DNA from: an uncultured Trueperaceae bacterium
Lineage (GTDB): Bacteria; Deinococcota; Deinococci; Deinococcales; Trueperaceae
Direction: 5' to 3'
Length of the DNA: 64,000 bases
Assembly: GCA_963815215.1 (NCBI GenBank)
Contig: CAWFFU010000003.1
Coordinates: 544,001 to 608,000, forward strand
Shown here: positions 1 through 10,559 of the stretch, one piece after another
Layout: each line of letters starts with the position of its first letter
How positions within the stretch are numbered: the stretch's first letter is position 1
Notes under the pieces: generated by a model
The model's database searches: none
What the model saw: only the letters and a program-made list of their open reading frames with translations
Told to the model about the DNA's origin: nothing
Translations under genes and position numbers: made by a program

Positions 1-2
1 AA

Positions 3-1412
3 GGGGACGTCTTGCCAGGTGGCACCGTCACCGGGAACTATGGCGGTGGCACGTACACCATCACGTTCACGCCCAAGGCATCGGACGTCGTCCTCACCTC
101 CGTGGGCACCATCCATGGAGCCAAAGCCACGGTGCAGGTGGTCTTCCATCCTCAGAACGCAGGGCTCTTCAGCAATGCCCTTTTCGCGGGAGGTGGCGTG
201 TCGAGCAAGTTCATCAACGGCGGCGCGTCGGTGTGGGGGTCGGTCTATGTCGAGGGGCCAACACCTACTGGTTCATCCACGCCCCCCACAGTTATCAGCA
301 CGAACGGCAATTTCGGCATGCACAACTACTACGACACCAGTGACCTCCTCAACCTGATGGGCAACCGATTCACGACCAGCCAGCTTCAGGCCATGCTCGG
401 CGCCACCGCGACCGACCAGCAGGACCTCTGCGCTCGACTGCGCATCAACTACGGGCAGATCAGCGCAGGTGGGAGCACGGTGATCGGCGATAGCAGTGCC
501 CCCACCGGCTACAAGTCATCTCTCAGCGGTCTCAACATCTCTCGCGGCAGTCAGGACATCAGTGTGAGCGGCTCGACGAGCATCTTCGCTGACAACTACC
601 CTAATGGCAACGTCGGCTACGACCTCAGCAAGCCCATCGAGCTACCTACCCTGGACGGAACGAAGTGCAAGTCGGACCCGACCCTCACGTGGCGTGAGTG
701 CATGACCTCCGACCCGCAGGGTGCGGTGTTCCCCCAAGATGCGAGCAATAATTCGCAGTGTGACCTCGGAGCGATCAGCTCCGGGACGACGTTGACGTTC
801 GGGACGACGCCGATCGACTGTACATGGACGCCTGCTGGAGGAACGCCTCACGGATTCAAGTACCAAGAGGATGCGAATGGTAACTGGGATCTGAGCGTGT
901 ACGGCATCGTCAATTTCGAGGGCTACGATCTTCACTTCGCGAGGAACGTGGCCACCCGCTTCAGCAAGAAGGCGACCATCATGGCCAGCAAGGACGGCAG
1001 CGGTGACGGAGGCAACATCACCATTGACGGTGACGTCCTGCCGTCGACTTCGCAGGTGTGTGACTCCAACAACACGAACTGTCACACACCGAGCTTCCCG
1101 AAGGACGAGGTCCTCGGCATGATTGCCGAGAATGACCTCACGTTCACAGGTGCGAACCAGAACCAGCTCTCGACCGGGACCCAGACCTCCGTCGGCCTGT
1201 ACTACGCAGGCAACGTGGCTTCCATCGAGAAGGGCGGCGTCGTGATGGGAACCGTGATCGGGAACGCCATCAGCACCAGCAGCGGGAATGCTGGGCAGAC
1301 CTCCAAGATCTTCCAGGTTCCGGGACTCGAGTACAACCTCTCCCCAGGTTTCACCGAAATCCCCAACGATCTGGTTGCCACCTTCCACATCCTCTCCTAC
1401 GAACGACGCTAG
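3..1412 (+). CDS. comZ: ComZ-like type IV competence-pilus tip protein (5'-truncated by window edge)
   Basis: Frame is open from the window start. Segments 'GAKATVQ', 'ALFAGGG..KFINGGA', 'NGNFG', 'QDLCARLRINYGQISAGGST' and the C-terminal 'ILSYERR' match Thermus ComZ as I recall it. Confidence 0.8.
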   Translation, partial: GDVLPGGTVTGNYGGGTYTITFTPKASDVVLTSVGTIHGAKATVQVVFHPQNAGLFSNALFAGGGVSSKFINGGASVWGSVYVEGPTPTGSSTPPTVISTNGNFGMHNYYDTSDLLNLMGNRFTTSQLQAMLGATATDQQDLCARLRINYGQISAGGSTVIGDSSAPTGYKSSLSGLNISRGSQDISVSGSTSIFADNYPNGNVGYDLSKPIELPTLDGTKCKSDPTLTWRECMTSDPQGAVFPQDASNNSQCDLGAISSGTTLTFGTTPIDCTWTPAGGTPHGFKYQEDANGNWDLSVYGIVNFEGYDLHFARNVATRFSKKATIMASKDGSGDGGNITIDGDVLPSTSQVCDSNNTNCHTPSFPKDEVLGMIAENDLTFTGANQNQLSTGTQTSVGLYYAGNVASIEKGGVVMGTVIGNAISTSSGNAGQTSKIFQVPGLEYNLSPGFTEIPNDLVATFHILSYERR

Positions 1413-1568
1413 CCGGGACGCTCCGCCGACGCGACACGCTCTTGGCAGGGCCCCGTGAGGTCGCTCGCTCCGGATCGCAGCCTCGTCAAGGGACGGGGCG
1501 CTGGGCCACAGTGATCATCGGCGCCGAGGTCCAGACTCGCCGAATCCTAGGGGCCGAACACGAATCCG

Positions 1569-1979
1569 TCAATGCCGCGAACGAATCACGACCGGGCTTC
1601 CAGATGAAGGTGTCGCAATGGAGATCAATGCTGAGGCCTGAGCGCGTCCGGCAATTGCCTTCGCTCTCAGCCTCACGGTGCCCGTGGTATCCCGATTCAC
1701 CGCCACGACTGCCGTGATCCCGATGCCCGGCCAAGGTCCATCCGTTGCCGGCAAGCGGTTCCCTCCACCGCTCATCGCTCGACACGCGTCATAGGCTCCG
1801 AGTTGAAGCCCGCCCTCGGCCTCCCCCTCGGCCAGCGCCGCCTCCTGCGCGTGGCGTGCCGCGAGAGCGTCCAGCGTAACGGTGAACGTCAGCGCGAGCG
1901 CGACAGCGCCGATCAGCAATGCCACGAACAGCACCAGGATCAGTGCGGCACCGGCATCACGGCGCCCGAGCCCGTTCAC
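1569..1979 (-). CDS. PilX/GspK-like minor pilin
   Basis: Prepilin leader 'RRDAG|AALILVLFVALL' lacks Glu5 (typical of PilX); followed by 'AEGEAEGGL'; start overlaps the upstream gene's stop. Confidence 0.7.
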   Translation of the reverse strand: MNGLGRRDAGAALILVLFVALLIGAVALALTFTVTLDALAARHAQEAALAEGEAEGGLQLGAYDACRAMSGGGNRLPATDGPWPGIGITAVVAVNRDTTGTVRLRAKAIAGRAQASALISIATPSSGSPVVIRSRH

Positions 1980-2641
1980 GGTCCCTCCTCAACCACCGTG
2001 GTCCGCGGGCGACTCGGTAGCGGCACGGCCAGGCGCCGCGCAGGCGCCTCAGCCGCCCCGAGCGCGAGCAGCAGCAGCCAGGGCCGCAGCTCCCCCGCCG
2101 CCAGCTCGCTCCGACCGTGCAAGCCGGACCCGTCGACCCATCCCATGACTTGGATCCGGTCGATGCCCTGTACCCACGGTTGACGGCTCCCGCTCGCGGT
2201 GGTGCGGTAGAGCTGGGCCAGGCCGCGGCCGTCGATGGCGGCGTCGAACCGTAGATCGCGGGTCACGGGCCCGCCCTGGACCCGATCGTCCAGGTACCGC
2301 AGCCCCAGGGTATCGCCGCGCGGTCCCGAGCCGAGCGTCACCTCGAGGCCGGGCCGGACGGCGTCCGGGCCGTTGGCGAGCGGTGACGGATAGGGCACGT
2401 AGCCGGCGCGGCGCAACTCGCCGGTCAACAGGTCGGCGGCCAGGTCCAGAGCGCGCGCACGATCGGACGCTCTCGCTGTCGACGCCTCCGAGGCACGCGA
2501 GCCCGCCAGCAGGCGTACCGCGGCGAGACCGACGAGCGCCGTGAGGCTCACGGCCAGCAGCACCTCCAGCACGCTGAACCCGGTGCGCGCGCGGCGGTGA
2601 CGGGTGCCGCGCTGGCCCCCGATCGCACGCCTCCGGCTCAC
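1976..2641 (-). CDS. PilW-like minor pilin
   Basis: 'RTG|FSVLEVLLAVSL' cleavage/methylation motif and 'ELRRAGY'; GTG at 2641 overlaps the upstream TGA (GTGA). Confidence 0.75.
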   Translation of the reverse strand: MSRRRAIGGQRGTRHRRARTGFSVLEVLLAVSLTALVGLAAVRLLAGSRASEASTARASDRARALDLAADLLTGELRRAGYVPYPSPLANGPDAVRPGLEVTLGSGPRGDTLGLRYLDDRVQGGPVTRDLRFDAAIDGRGLAQLYRTTASGSRQPWVQGIDRIQVMGWVDGSGLHGRSELAAGELRPWLLLLALGAAEAPARRLAVPLPSRPRTTVVEEGP

Positions 2642-3033
2642 GGCGTGACCTCCACTGGCGCCCGCTGCAGAGGCCACCACACGGCCGTCGCGCCGCTCCA
2701 CGGAGGTCCCCCGGGCGGCGTGAGGGTCACGCGGATGCGCTCCATCTCGCAGGGTGCGGAGGCCTCGAGGCAGCTGCGCTCCACGGTGCACGACCAGCCC
2801 GGAGGTGCGGGCCGCGACCGACAGCCGTGGGAACGCACGGCGCGCTGTACGCGCAGCTCGTCGCTCATCCAGGCGGCGAGTTGCCGGCGGATCCGGGTGG
2901 AGTGCTCCACGTGCGCCAGGTGGCCTTCCAGCCGTACCCACGCCAGCAGTGCCAGCGCAACGATGGCCAGGGCCACCACCACCTCGAGCAGCATGAGGCC
3001 GCCGACCCTCCGGCGCCAGCGCCCCGCCCTCAC
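2638..3033 (-). CDS. PilV-like minor pilin
   Basis: 'GG|LMLLEVVVALAIVAL' prepilin motif; GTG at 3033 overlaps the upstream TGA. Confidence 0.7.
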   Translation of the reverse strand: MRAGRWRRRVGGLMLLEVVVALAIVALALLAWVRLEGHLAHVEHSTRIRRQLAAWMSDELRVQRAVRSHGCRSRPAPPGWSCTVERSCLEASAPCEMERIRVTLTPPGGPPWSGATAVWWPLQRAPVEVTP

Positions 3034-3539
3034 CGCCTCACCTCCACCCGTACGCGACCGAGGCTCGACACTACGACGCTCGCCCGCCGGGCCCCGTCGA
3101 CCAGGACCATCCGACCGCTGATCACGCCCCCGCCGGCGCAGGAGCGCGCCCCGCCGCCGGGCAACCACACGATGCCGTCGCGCAACGCCTGCGCCACGCG
3201 CGCACGGCCGTAGCGAGCCAGCTCGAAGCGCTTCAACTCGGGCCCGGTGCAGGCCGTGGCGGCGTCCGGCGCGGAGCGGGCCGACAGCGCGGGCGACGCG
3301 CCCGGCACCACCGCGCCCGGCACCACCGCGACCGCCTCACCGGTCCACAACGCCTCCAGCCGCGCCCAGAGCAGGAACGTCCGCGCACCCTGCGCCCCCC
3401 GCACCGCGCCCCCGGGCCGCAGCAACACCGTCGCGCCCCCGGCCAGCAGGCCGGCGAGCGCGAGCGCGACGACGACCTCGAGGAGCGTGAACCCCGTCCG
3501 CCCTGAGCGGGTGTGGGGGAGTCCGGGAGCACCGCGCAT
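3030..3539 (-). CDS. FimT/GspH-like minor pilin
   Basis: 'RTG|FTLLEVVVALAL' prepilin motif; C-terminal 'VVVSSLGRVRV' of GspH/FimT type; TAGCGT lies 6 nt before the ATG. Confidence 0.75.
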   Translation of the reverse strand: MRGAPGLPHTRSGRTGFTLLEVVVALALAGLLAGGATVLLRPGGAVRGAQGARTFLLWARLEALWTGEAVAVVPGAVVPGASPALSARSAPDAATACTGPELKRFELARYGRARVAQALRDGIVWLPGGGARSCAGGGVISGRMVLVDGARRASVVVSSLGRVRVEVRR

Positions 3540-3615
3540 GCCGCCACGCTAGCGCCGATGTCGATCCGAGACCCACCCCCTCGGGATACGTGCCGGACTC
3601 CCTTGGGCTGCCGTC

Positions 3616-4197
3616 CTACACCAGGCCGAGCTCGCTCGCCCGCCGGGCCGCGCTCACCCGGTCGCGCACGTCCAGCTTCCGGAACACGCCCAGCAGGTAG
3701 TCCTTCACCGTCTCCGGACTCAGTCCCAGCTCCTTGGCGATCGCCTTGTTGGAGAGCCCCTGCGCCATCAGCCGGAGAACCTGCTCCTCCCGCGGCGTCA
3801 GCTCCGGCAGGTCGACCCTCGGCATCCAGTCGCGCTCTGGGTCGGCCACGATCGCGCGCAACAGGCGAGCGAGCTCGCGTGGCTCGGTCTCCTTGGAGAG
3901 GAAGGCGGTCGCGCCGGCCTGCTGCGCGGCGCGCACCATGGCGGGCTCCTCGAAGGTCGTGAGCATCACCACGATCGGGGCGTGTTCACCACCGACCGCC
4001 TGGCGGCAGGCCTCGATCCCGTCCATGCCGGGCATCTTGACGTCCATGAGCACCACGTCGACGCCCCCCTGGGCACAACGCTCCACCGCCTGGCGGCCGT
4101 TCTCCACCTCACCCGCCACCTCGAAGCCCTCCGCACCCAGCGCCAGCGACAGGCCCATACGGAACAGCGGATGATCGTCGGCGATCAGTACGCGCAC
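3616..4197 (-). CDS. NarL/LuxR-family response regulator
   Basis: Receiver 'LIADDH..DVKMPGMDG' and HTH 'LTPREEQVLRLMAQGLSNKAIA'; GGGAGG RBS precedes GTG at 4197. Confidence 0.92.
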   Translation of the reverse strand: MRVLIADDHPLFRMGLSLALGAEGFEVAGEVENGRQAVERCAQGGVDVVLMDVKMPGMDGIEACRQAVGGEHAPIVVMLTTFEEPAMVRAAQQAGATAFLSKETEPRELARLLRAIVADPERDWMPRVDLPELTPREEQVLRLMAQGLSNKAIAKELGLSPETVKDYLLGVFRKLDVRDRVSAARRASELGLV

Positions 4198-4216
4198 ACG
4201 AACCCTCCCATCGGCC

Positions 4217-5272
4217 TCACGACGTGCCACCACCGAGGTACGCCAGCAGCACCGTGCCCCGCTCGCTCGAGGACTCGCTCACCAGCTTGCCGCCGTGCGC
4301 CTCGAGGACGCGCCGGGCGATGAACAACCCCAGGCCACCAGTGCCGGCGGCGTAGCGGTGACCCGCGATCTCCAGCGGCTGACCGTTGAAGGGCTGTGCC
4401 AGCCGCTCCAACGGCTCGGGCAGGCCGGGCCCATCGTCGCTGATCCGCAGCATCCCGGGGAACACCTCGACCTCGATGCGCGAACGAGCGTAGCGGACCG
4501 CATTGCTCAGCAGGTTGTACAGTGCGCGCTCGAGCTCCTTGGGATCGACTCGCGCGTGCGCCTCCCCCTGCACCGAGATCGCTACCCCGCGCTCGCGCGA
4601 CAGCGGACGCAGACGGTCCAGCACATCGCCCACGAGAACGCGCAGGTCGATCGACTGGCGTTTGAGCGGCACGTCCTCGAGCTCGAGCCGGTGGGCGTCG
4701 ACCATCTTCTGCACCAGCTCGATCAGCGCCTGGTTCTCGGTCGAGAGCCGGCTCACCACCTCGATGCGCTGGTCACGAGTGAGCTCCTCGTTGTCGCGCA
4801 CAACGTTCAAGAGGTGGTTCGCGGCGATCAGCGGCGTCTTGAGGTCGTGCATCAGGGCGGCGGTGAACGCACTGCGACGCCCCTGCTCCTGGTGCATCTC
4901 CTGCAGCATGGCGTTGAACGCGCGCTTCACCGCCATGACCTCGCGGGGCTCGCGCCCCGTCGTCGCCAGCCGTGCGCCTGGAACGGCCCTCGGCAACGCC
5001 TCGATATCCTCAGCCACGTCGCTGAGCGGCGCCAGTAGCTGGCCCGAGAGGGCGTAGCCCACGAACACCGAGACCCCCACCACCGCCACCAGCCAGGCGC
5101 CGATGAACAGCCACACGCCCGGCGTCAGCGATGCCGTCCGGTTGTAGGCGGGGAGCAACACCGTCCCCACCAGCACGACGTTGGGCAGGCCCGAGAGCAA
5201 CGCGATCACCCAGCCGAGCTGGCGACGCAGGCTGCGGCCCACGCTCGGCCGCTGCCCGCCCGCGCTGCTCAT
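4217..5272 (-). CDS. Membrane sensor histidine kinase
   Basis: Two TM segments, H-box 'HDLKTPL', 'NLLSNAVRY', 'DDGPG', 'GLGLFIA'; ATG overlaps the lepA stop. Confidence 0.92.
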   Translation of the reverse strand: MSSAGGQRPSVGRSLRRQLGWVIALLSGLPNVVLVGTVLLPAYNRTASLTPGVWLFIGAWLVAVVGVSVFVGYALSGQLLAPLSDVAEDIEALPRAVPGARLATTGREPREVMAVKRAFNAMLQEMHQEQGRRSAFTAALMHDLKTPLIAANHLLNVVRDNEELTRDQRIEVVSRLSTENQALIELVQKMVDAHRLELEDVPLKRQSIDLRVLVGDVLDRLRPLSRERGVAISVQGEAHARVDPKELERALYNLLSNAVRYARSRIEVEVFPGMLRISDDGPGLPEPLERLAQPFNGQPLEIAGHRYAAGTGGLGLFIARRVLEAHGGKLVSESSSERGTVLLAYLGGGTS

Positions 5273-7056
5273 TCCTCCGAGCCGAGCACCGCCAGGAACG
5301 CCTCCTGCGGAACCTCGACCGTTCCGAGCTGCTTCATGCGCGCCTTCCCCTTCTTCTGCTTCTCCAGCAACTTCTTCTTCCGGGTGATGTCTCCGCCATA
5401 GCACTTGGCGGTGACGTCCTTCCGGAAGGCCCGGACGGTGGCGCGGGCCAGGATCTTGCCGCCGATCGCCGCCTGGATCGGCACCGCGAACATCTGCCGC
5501 GGGATGACCTCCGCCATGCGGTCCACGATGCGCCGCCCGACCTCGTAGGCCTTGTCGCGGTGCGCGATGATCGACAGCGCATCCACGCGCTCCTCGTTGA
5601 CGAGCACATCGATCTTCACCAGTGCGCCGTCACGGTGGCCGATGAAGTCGTAGTCCATGCTGGCGTAGCCGCGCGTCAGGCTCTTGAGGCGGTCGTGGAA
5701 GTCGTAGAGGATCTCGCCGAAGGGCACCTCGTAGCGCAGTTCCACGCGCTTGCCGTGGTAGAGCATGTTCTTCATCTCGCCGCGCTTCTCTTGTAGCAAC
5801 CCCATGGCGTTGCCGACGTACTCCTCCGGCACATAGACGTTGAGACGCACGAACGGCTCCCGGATCCTCTCGACGCGGTCGGGATCGGGCAGGGCCGCCG
5901 GGTTCTGGATGAGCGTGGTGGCTCCGTCCGTGGTGGTCACTTCGTACACCACCGCCGGCGCGGTGGCGATCAGCCCCAGGTCGTACTCCCGTTCGAGCCG
6001 CGCCTGCACGATGTCGGCGTGGAGCAGCCCCAGGAAGCCACAGCGGAACCCGAACCCCAGCGCGTCGCTGGTCTCGGGCTCGAAGGTGAAGGCCGCGTCA
6101 TTGAGGCTCAGCTTCTCGAGCGCCTCGCGCAACCGCCCGTAGTCGTCGGCATCGGTCGGGTACAGCCCGGAGAAGACCACCGGCTGCGCCGGCTTGAAGC
6201 CCGGTTCGGGATGATCGGTGGGCTCGTCGGCACGGGTGATGGTGTCCCCGATCTGGGTGTCGGCGATGTCCTTGATGCTGGCGGTGAGCCACCCCACCTC
6301 GCCCGGTCCGAGCACCTCCGACAGCGCCAGTCCGGGCTCGAAGAAGCCGACCTTGTCGACCTCGAACTCCTTGCCCGTGCTGTAGATGCGGATGCGGTCC
6401 CCGGCCGCGAGGCGCCCGTCCAACACGCGCAGGAACGGGATGACTCCCTGGTAGCTATCGTAGACGGCGTCGAAGATGAGCGCGCGCAGAGGCGCTTCGG
6501 GATCGATGCGCGGCGGCGGCAGGTGATCGACGATGGCCTCCAGCACGGCTTCCACATTCTCGCCGGTCTTCGCCGAGACCTTGACGGCGTGGTCGGCGGG
6601 GATGCCGACCACCTCCTCCAACTCGGCGATAGCGCCGTCGGCGTCGGCGTTGGGCAGGTCGATCTTGTTGATGATCGGCAGCACCTCGAGCCCATTGTCG
6701 ACCGCCAGGTAGGCGTTCTGGATGGTCTGCGCCTCGACCCCCTGACTGGCATCGACCACCAGCAGGACCCCCTCGCACGCGCGCAGTGCGCGCGACACTT
6801 CGTAGCCGAAGTCGACGTGGCCCGGCGTGTCGATGAGGTTGAACATGTAGGTCTTGCCGTTGTTCGCCTTGTAGAACACGCGCACCGGGCTCGCCTTGAT
6901 GGTGATGCCGCGCTCCCGCTCGAGGTCCAGCGTGTCGAGCATCTGGTCGCGACGGTTGCGCTCGGCGACGCTCTGCGTGAGCTCGAGGATGCGGTCCGCC
7001 AGCGTCGACTTGCCGTGGTCGACATGGGCGATGATCGAGAAGTTGCGGATCTCCAC
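5269..7056 (-). CDS. lepA: Elongation factor 4
   Basis: '[20 protein letters not shown]' and '[26 protein letters not shown]'. Confidence 0.98.
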   Translation of the reverse strand: MEIRNFSIIAHVDHGKSTLADRILELTQSVAERNRRDQMLDTLDLERERGITIKASPVRVFYKANNGKTYMFNLIDTPGHVDFGYEVSRALRACEGVLLVVDASQGVEAQTIQNAYLAVDNGLEVLPIINKIDLPNADADGAIAELEEVVGIPADHAVKVSAKTGENVEAVLEAIVDHLPPPRIDPEAPLRALIFDAVYDSYQGVIPFLRVLDGRLAAGDRIRIYSTGKEFEVDKVGFFEPGLALSEVLGPGEVGWLTASIKDIADTQIGDTITRADEPTDHPEPGFKPAQPVVFSGLYPTDADDYGRLREALEKLSLNDAAFTFEPETSDALGFGFRCGFLGLLHADIVQARLEREYDLGLIATAPAVVYEVTTTDGATTLIQNPAALPDPDRVERIREPFVRLNVYVPEEYVGNAMGLLQEKRGEMKNMLYHGKRVELRYEVPFGEILYDFHDRLKSLTRGYASMDYDFIGHRDGALVKIDVLVNEERVDALSIIAHRDKAYEVGRRIVDRMAEVIPRQMFAVPIQAAIGGKILARATVRAFRKDVTAKCYGGDITRKKKLLEKQKKGKARMKQLGTVEVPQEAFLAVLGSEE

Positions 7057-7166
7057 GTCCGCATCATACCGGAGGCAGGTGGCGAAAAACCTGCACCAGC
7101 GCGGGCTTCCCTCCCGTCTCGGGCCTATCCGGCCGTAGCCGGTCCCGCGGACCGCGCGGCCGGCTG

Positions 7167-8840
7167 TCAGCCCCGTCGAGACCGGAAGAACGCCTTCAGG
7201 AGGTCCGCCGACTCGGCCGCCAGGACCCCGGCCCGTACCTCCGGCCTGCGCTTGAGGTCGCCGGCCAGAAGGTCCACCGCGCCTCCCAGCGCACCCTCAC
7301 GCACGTTGTCGGCGCCGTACACCACGCGCGCCACGTGCGTCTGAAGGATGGCCCCGAGGCACATCGCGCAGGGCTCCAGCGTGACGTAGAGGGTGGCACC
7401 ACTCAGGCGCCAGTCACCCTGCTCGGCCGCGGCGGCGCGAAGCGCGAGCATCTCCGCGTGGGCCGTGGGATCGCGCTCGATCTCGGTGCGGTTGGCGCCC
7501 TCCCCTACCACCTTCCCCTGCATCGTCACCACCGCCCCGACCGGCATCTCACCCGCCCCCCCGGCTTCGGCGGCGAGCGCCAGCGCCCGCAGCATCGGCG
7601 TCTCATCGTCGTCGACGCGTCCCTCGCCCGACAGCACGCCTTCGGCCGCAGCCACCCCCTCGACCCACAACACGTCCCGTCCGCTGACGAGCAGCCGCAG
7701 ACCGTCGCGGCTCTCCCGGGGCACCTTCCGGTCGATCAACAGGTCCGACAGCAGCCGGCTCCCCCCCGTCAGGCGGATACGGTCCCCGTGCCGGCGGCTG
7801 CGGATCTCCAGCGCCGGGTAGGTGCTCAGCACGCCCGGATCCACGCCCTCCGGGAGCTCGCCTGGCTCCCGCACAGGCTGCGCCGGCACGGCCGTCGAGC
7901 GCCGTGCGACCTCAACCCGGCCGTACGCCACGCGCACGACCCTCCCCGAACCGACGTCGCTGCGCCAGGGTCCGCCCTCGTTCAGCGCGGAGCGGATCGC
8001 TTCGATCCGCTCCGACGCCACGGGCACTCCGGCGCCGGACAGCAGGCGCGCAAGGGCGGAACGCTGCAACGCCGGCGCCGCTCGAGACAGCGCCGCCTGA
8101 CGCAGCGGACCGTCGCCGAAGCGTCGCCGCGCGATGCCCTCGAGGGCGTCCCTGGCATCGGCCTGGAGCGCCGCCGTACGGGCGAGCCGCCGCGACGCGC
8201 CCGGCATGCGCGCTTCGAGCGTAGGCAGGACCCGAGCCCGGATCCAGGCCCGCGAACGCGCCAGGTCGTGGTTGCTCTCGTCGTGACGGAACGCGACCCC
8301 GCGATCGGCCAGGAAGGTCCGTAGACGCTCCCGCTCGATCCCGAGAAGCGGCCGCAGCAGCGCGCCGCGACGGTCTGGCATGCCGGTTGCGAAGGCCGCG
8401 CCCCGCAGCAGCTGCAGCAGCACCGTCTCGGCCTGGTCATCGAGGGTATGGGCGACCACGATCCCGTCGGCGGCGCCGGCGGCCGCCCTGTGGAGGAACT
8501 CGTAGCGTAGGCGCCGCGCTCCGTCCTCCACGTTCCAGCCCCGCTCGCGCGACACCGTCGCGACGTCCGCCCCTCCGACACGCAGGGGAACCTCCAGGCG
8601 CTCGCACAGGGCCTCCACGAACGCTCGATCGCCCGCCGAGGCCTCGCGTAGGTGGTGGTCGAAGTGGACGGCCATCACGTCGATCCCTGCGTCGAGCAGC
8701 AGCAGGAGCGCAGCCACGCTGTCGGGGCCGCCGGACAGCCCGAGCGCCACCGTACGGGTCCCGGGTGCGAGCTCACGCAGCCGCTCCGCCACTTCCGCGA
8801 CGAGCGCTTCCCCGGCCTGCACCGTGCCGCCGTGCTTCAC
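7167..8840 (-). CDS. tilS: tRNA(Ile)-lysidine synthetase fused to a C-terminal TadA-like deaminase
   Basis: PP-loop 'GLSGGPDS', 'ARRLRYEF', '[10 protein letters not shown]'; C-terminal '[18 protein letters not shown]'. Start placed at GTG 8840, 7 nt after CATAAT; ATG 8849 is an alternative. Confidence 0.92.
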   Translation of the reverse strand: MKHGGTVQAGEALVAEVAERLRELAPGTRTVALGLSGGPDSVAALLLLLDAGIDVMAVHFDHHLREASAGDRAFVEALCERLEVPLRVGGADVATVSRERGWNVEDGARRLRYEFLHRAAAGAADGIVVAHTLDDQAETVLLQLLRGAAFATGMPDRRGALLRPLLGIERERLRTFLADRGVAFRHDESNHDLARSRAWIRARVLPTLEARMPGASRRLARTAALQADARDALEGIARRRFGDGPLRQAALSRAAPALQRSALARLLSGAGVPVASERIEAIRSALNEGGPWRSDVGSGRVVRVAYGRVEVARRSTAVPAQPVREPGELPEGVDPGVLSTYPALEIRSRRHGDRIRLTGGSRLLSDLLIDRKVPRESRDGLRLLVSGRDVLWVEGVAAAEGVLSGEGRVDDDETPMLRALALAAEAGGAGEMPVGAVVTMQGKVVGEGANRTEIERDPTAHAEMLALRAAAAEQGDWRLSGATLYVTLEPCAMCLGAILQTHVARVVYGADNVREGALGGAVDLLAGDLKRRPEVRAGVLAAESADLLKAFFRSRRG

Positions 8841-8941
8841 GCCCCGCATTATGCCCTGCGTGCAGCGGCCGGCGCGCACGCCGTTCCCACGGCCGACCAC
8901 GGGACCGCCCTGAGCCGCAGAGCGCGCACGTATACTGCCGC

Positions 8942-10108
8942 ATGACCGTCACCATCATCGTTCTCGACTCCGTCGGGGTGGGCGCGCTCGCGGACGCCCG
9001 GGACTTCGGCGACGACGGCGCGCACACGCTCGATCACACCCTCCGCGTCGCCCCCGTCGCGCTACCGAACCTGGCGCGCCTGGGGCTGGGCAACATCCCC
9101 GGCGTGACGGCGCTGCAGGCCGCCCCCCGGCCCCTGGCAAGCTACGGTCGGCTCGCGGAGCGGTCGCTCGGCAAGGACACCACCACCGGTCACTGGGAGT
9201 TCATGGGGATCGTGCTCGACCACCCGTTCCGCACCTTCGAGCACTTCCCGGACGCGGTGATGGACGCCTTCGATGCGGTCACCGGCCGAGGTCACCTCGG
9301 CAACCGGCCGGCGTCAGGCACCGCCATCATCGAGGAGCTCGGCCCGCGACACCTTGTGAGTGGTGAGCCCATCGTCTACACCAGCGCCGACAGCGTCTTC
9401 CAGATCGCGACCCACGTCGATGTGGTCCCACTGGCCACGCTGTACGCCTGGTGCGAGGCGGCGCGCGCCATCCTGACCGGCGACAACGCCGTGGCACGCG
9501 TCATCGCCCGGCCCTTCGCAGGTTCGCCCGGCGCCTTGACCAGACTCGGCGAGGCGCGCCGCGACTACTCGCTCGTGCCCCCCGAGCGCACCGTCCTCGA
9601 CGCCCTCGTGGAGCACGGCCGCGACGTCGTCGGCATCGGCAAGATTCCCGACATCTACAGTCACCGCGGCTTCACCGAAGAGGTGCACACCCGCTCCAAT
9701 CTCGACGGCGTCGACCGCACCCTCGCTGCCATGCGAGCGCGCCCCGACGGGCTGGTGTTCACGAACCTGGTCGAGTTCGACTCGCTCTACGGGCACCGGC
9801 GCAACCCGCAAGGGTACGCCGCGGCCCTGGGCGACGTCGACGAGCGCCTGCCCGAACTGCTGGCGGCAGTCGCGCCGGGTGACGTGCTGCTCTTCGTCAG
9901 CGACCACGGCAACGATCCGACCTGGCCGGGCACCGATCACACCCGGGAGCACGGACTGCTACTTGCCTACGCCCCGGGCCGCGACGGCGGCGACCTCGGC
10001 ACGCGCGCCAGCTTCGCCGACGTCGGCGCCACCGTGGCGGAGTTGCTGGCCGTACCCTGGGACGGCCGCGGCTCGAGCTTCGCCGCAGCCCTGCGCGGGA
10101 GCGACTGA
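8942..10108 (+). CDS. deoB: Phosphopentomutase
   Basis: 'IVLDSVGVG', '[10 protein letters not shown]', '[11 protein letters not shown]', 'DHGNDPT..TDHTRE'. Confidence 0.97.
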   Translation: MTVTIIVLDSVGVGALADARDFGDDGAHTLDHTLRVAPVALPNLARLGLGNIPGVTALQAAPRPLASYGRLAERSLGKDTTTGHWEFMGIVLDHPFRTFEHFPDAVMDAFDAVTGRGHLGNRPASGTAIIEELGPRHLVSGEPIVYTSADSVFQIATHVDVVPLATLYAWCEAARAILTGDNAVARVIARPFAGSPGALTRLGEARRDYSLVPPERTVLDALVEHGRDVVGIGKIPDIYSHRGFTEEVHTRSNLDGVDRTLAAMRARPDGLVFTNLVEFDSLYGHRRNPQGYAAALGDVDERLPELLAAVAPGDVLLFVSDHGNDPTWPGTDHTREHGLLLAYAPGRDGGDLGTRASFADVGATVAELLAVPWDGRGSSFAAALRGSD

Positions 10109-10135
10109 GCGACGCTCGCGCGGGACCCCGACACC

Positions 10136-10167
10136 ACGAAGGCCGCCCCGGTGGGGCGGCCGTTCGT
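10136..10167. terminator. Stem-loop between convergent deoB and rplQ
   Basis: acgaaggccgcccc-ggt-ggggcggccgttcgt inverted repeat. Confidence 0.6.
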
Positions 10168-10199
10168 ACGTCCGCGTTCGCGTTGGTGTGTGCTTCGAG

Positions 10200-10556
10200 C
10201 TACTCCTGCACCAACTCGATGTACGCCTCCTGGGCGTTGTCGCCGCGACGGTTGAGCAGCCGGTAGATGCGGGTGTAGCCGCCCTTCCTCTCGGCGTAGC
10301 GCGGGGCGATCTCGTCCATGAGCTTGCGCTGCACGGCGCGATCGTGGATGTCGCGCGCGATGAGGCGGCGCGCGTGCAGATCGCCGCCGCGGGCGGTGGT
10401 GATCAACTTCTCCACGAAAGGCTGCAGGCTCTTGGCCTTGGTGAGGGTGGTCTTGATGCGGCCGTGCCGGAGCAGGGCCGTCGCCTGGGAACGGGCGAGG
10501 GCACTGCGATGGCTGCTGGAGCGACCCAGCTTGTAACCGCGCTGCAGATGACGCAT
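10200..10556 (-). CDS. rplQ: 50S ribosomal protein L17
   Basis: '[17 protein letters not shown]', 'GGYTRI'. Confidence 0.98.
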   Translation of the reverse strand: MRHLQRGYKLGRSSSHRSALARSQATALLRHGRIKTTLTKAKSLQPFVEKLITTARGGDLHARRLIARDIHDRAVQRKLMDEIAPRYAERKGGYTRIYRLLNRRGDNAQEAYIELVQE

Positions 10557-10559
10557 GGC

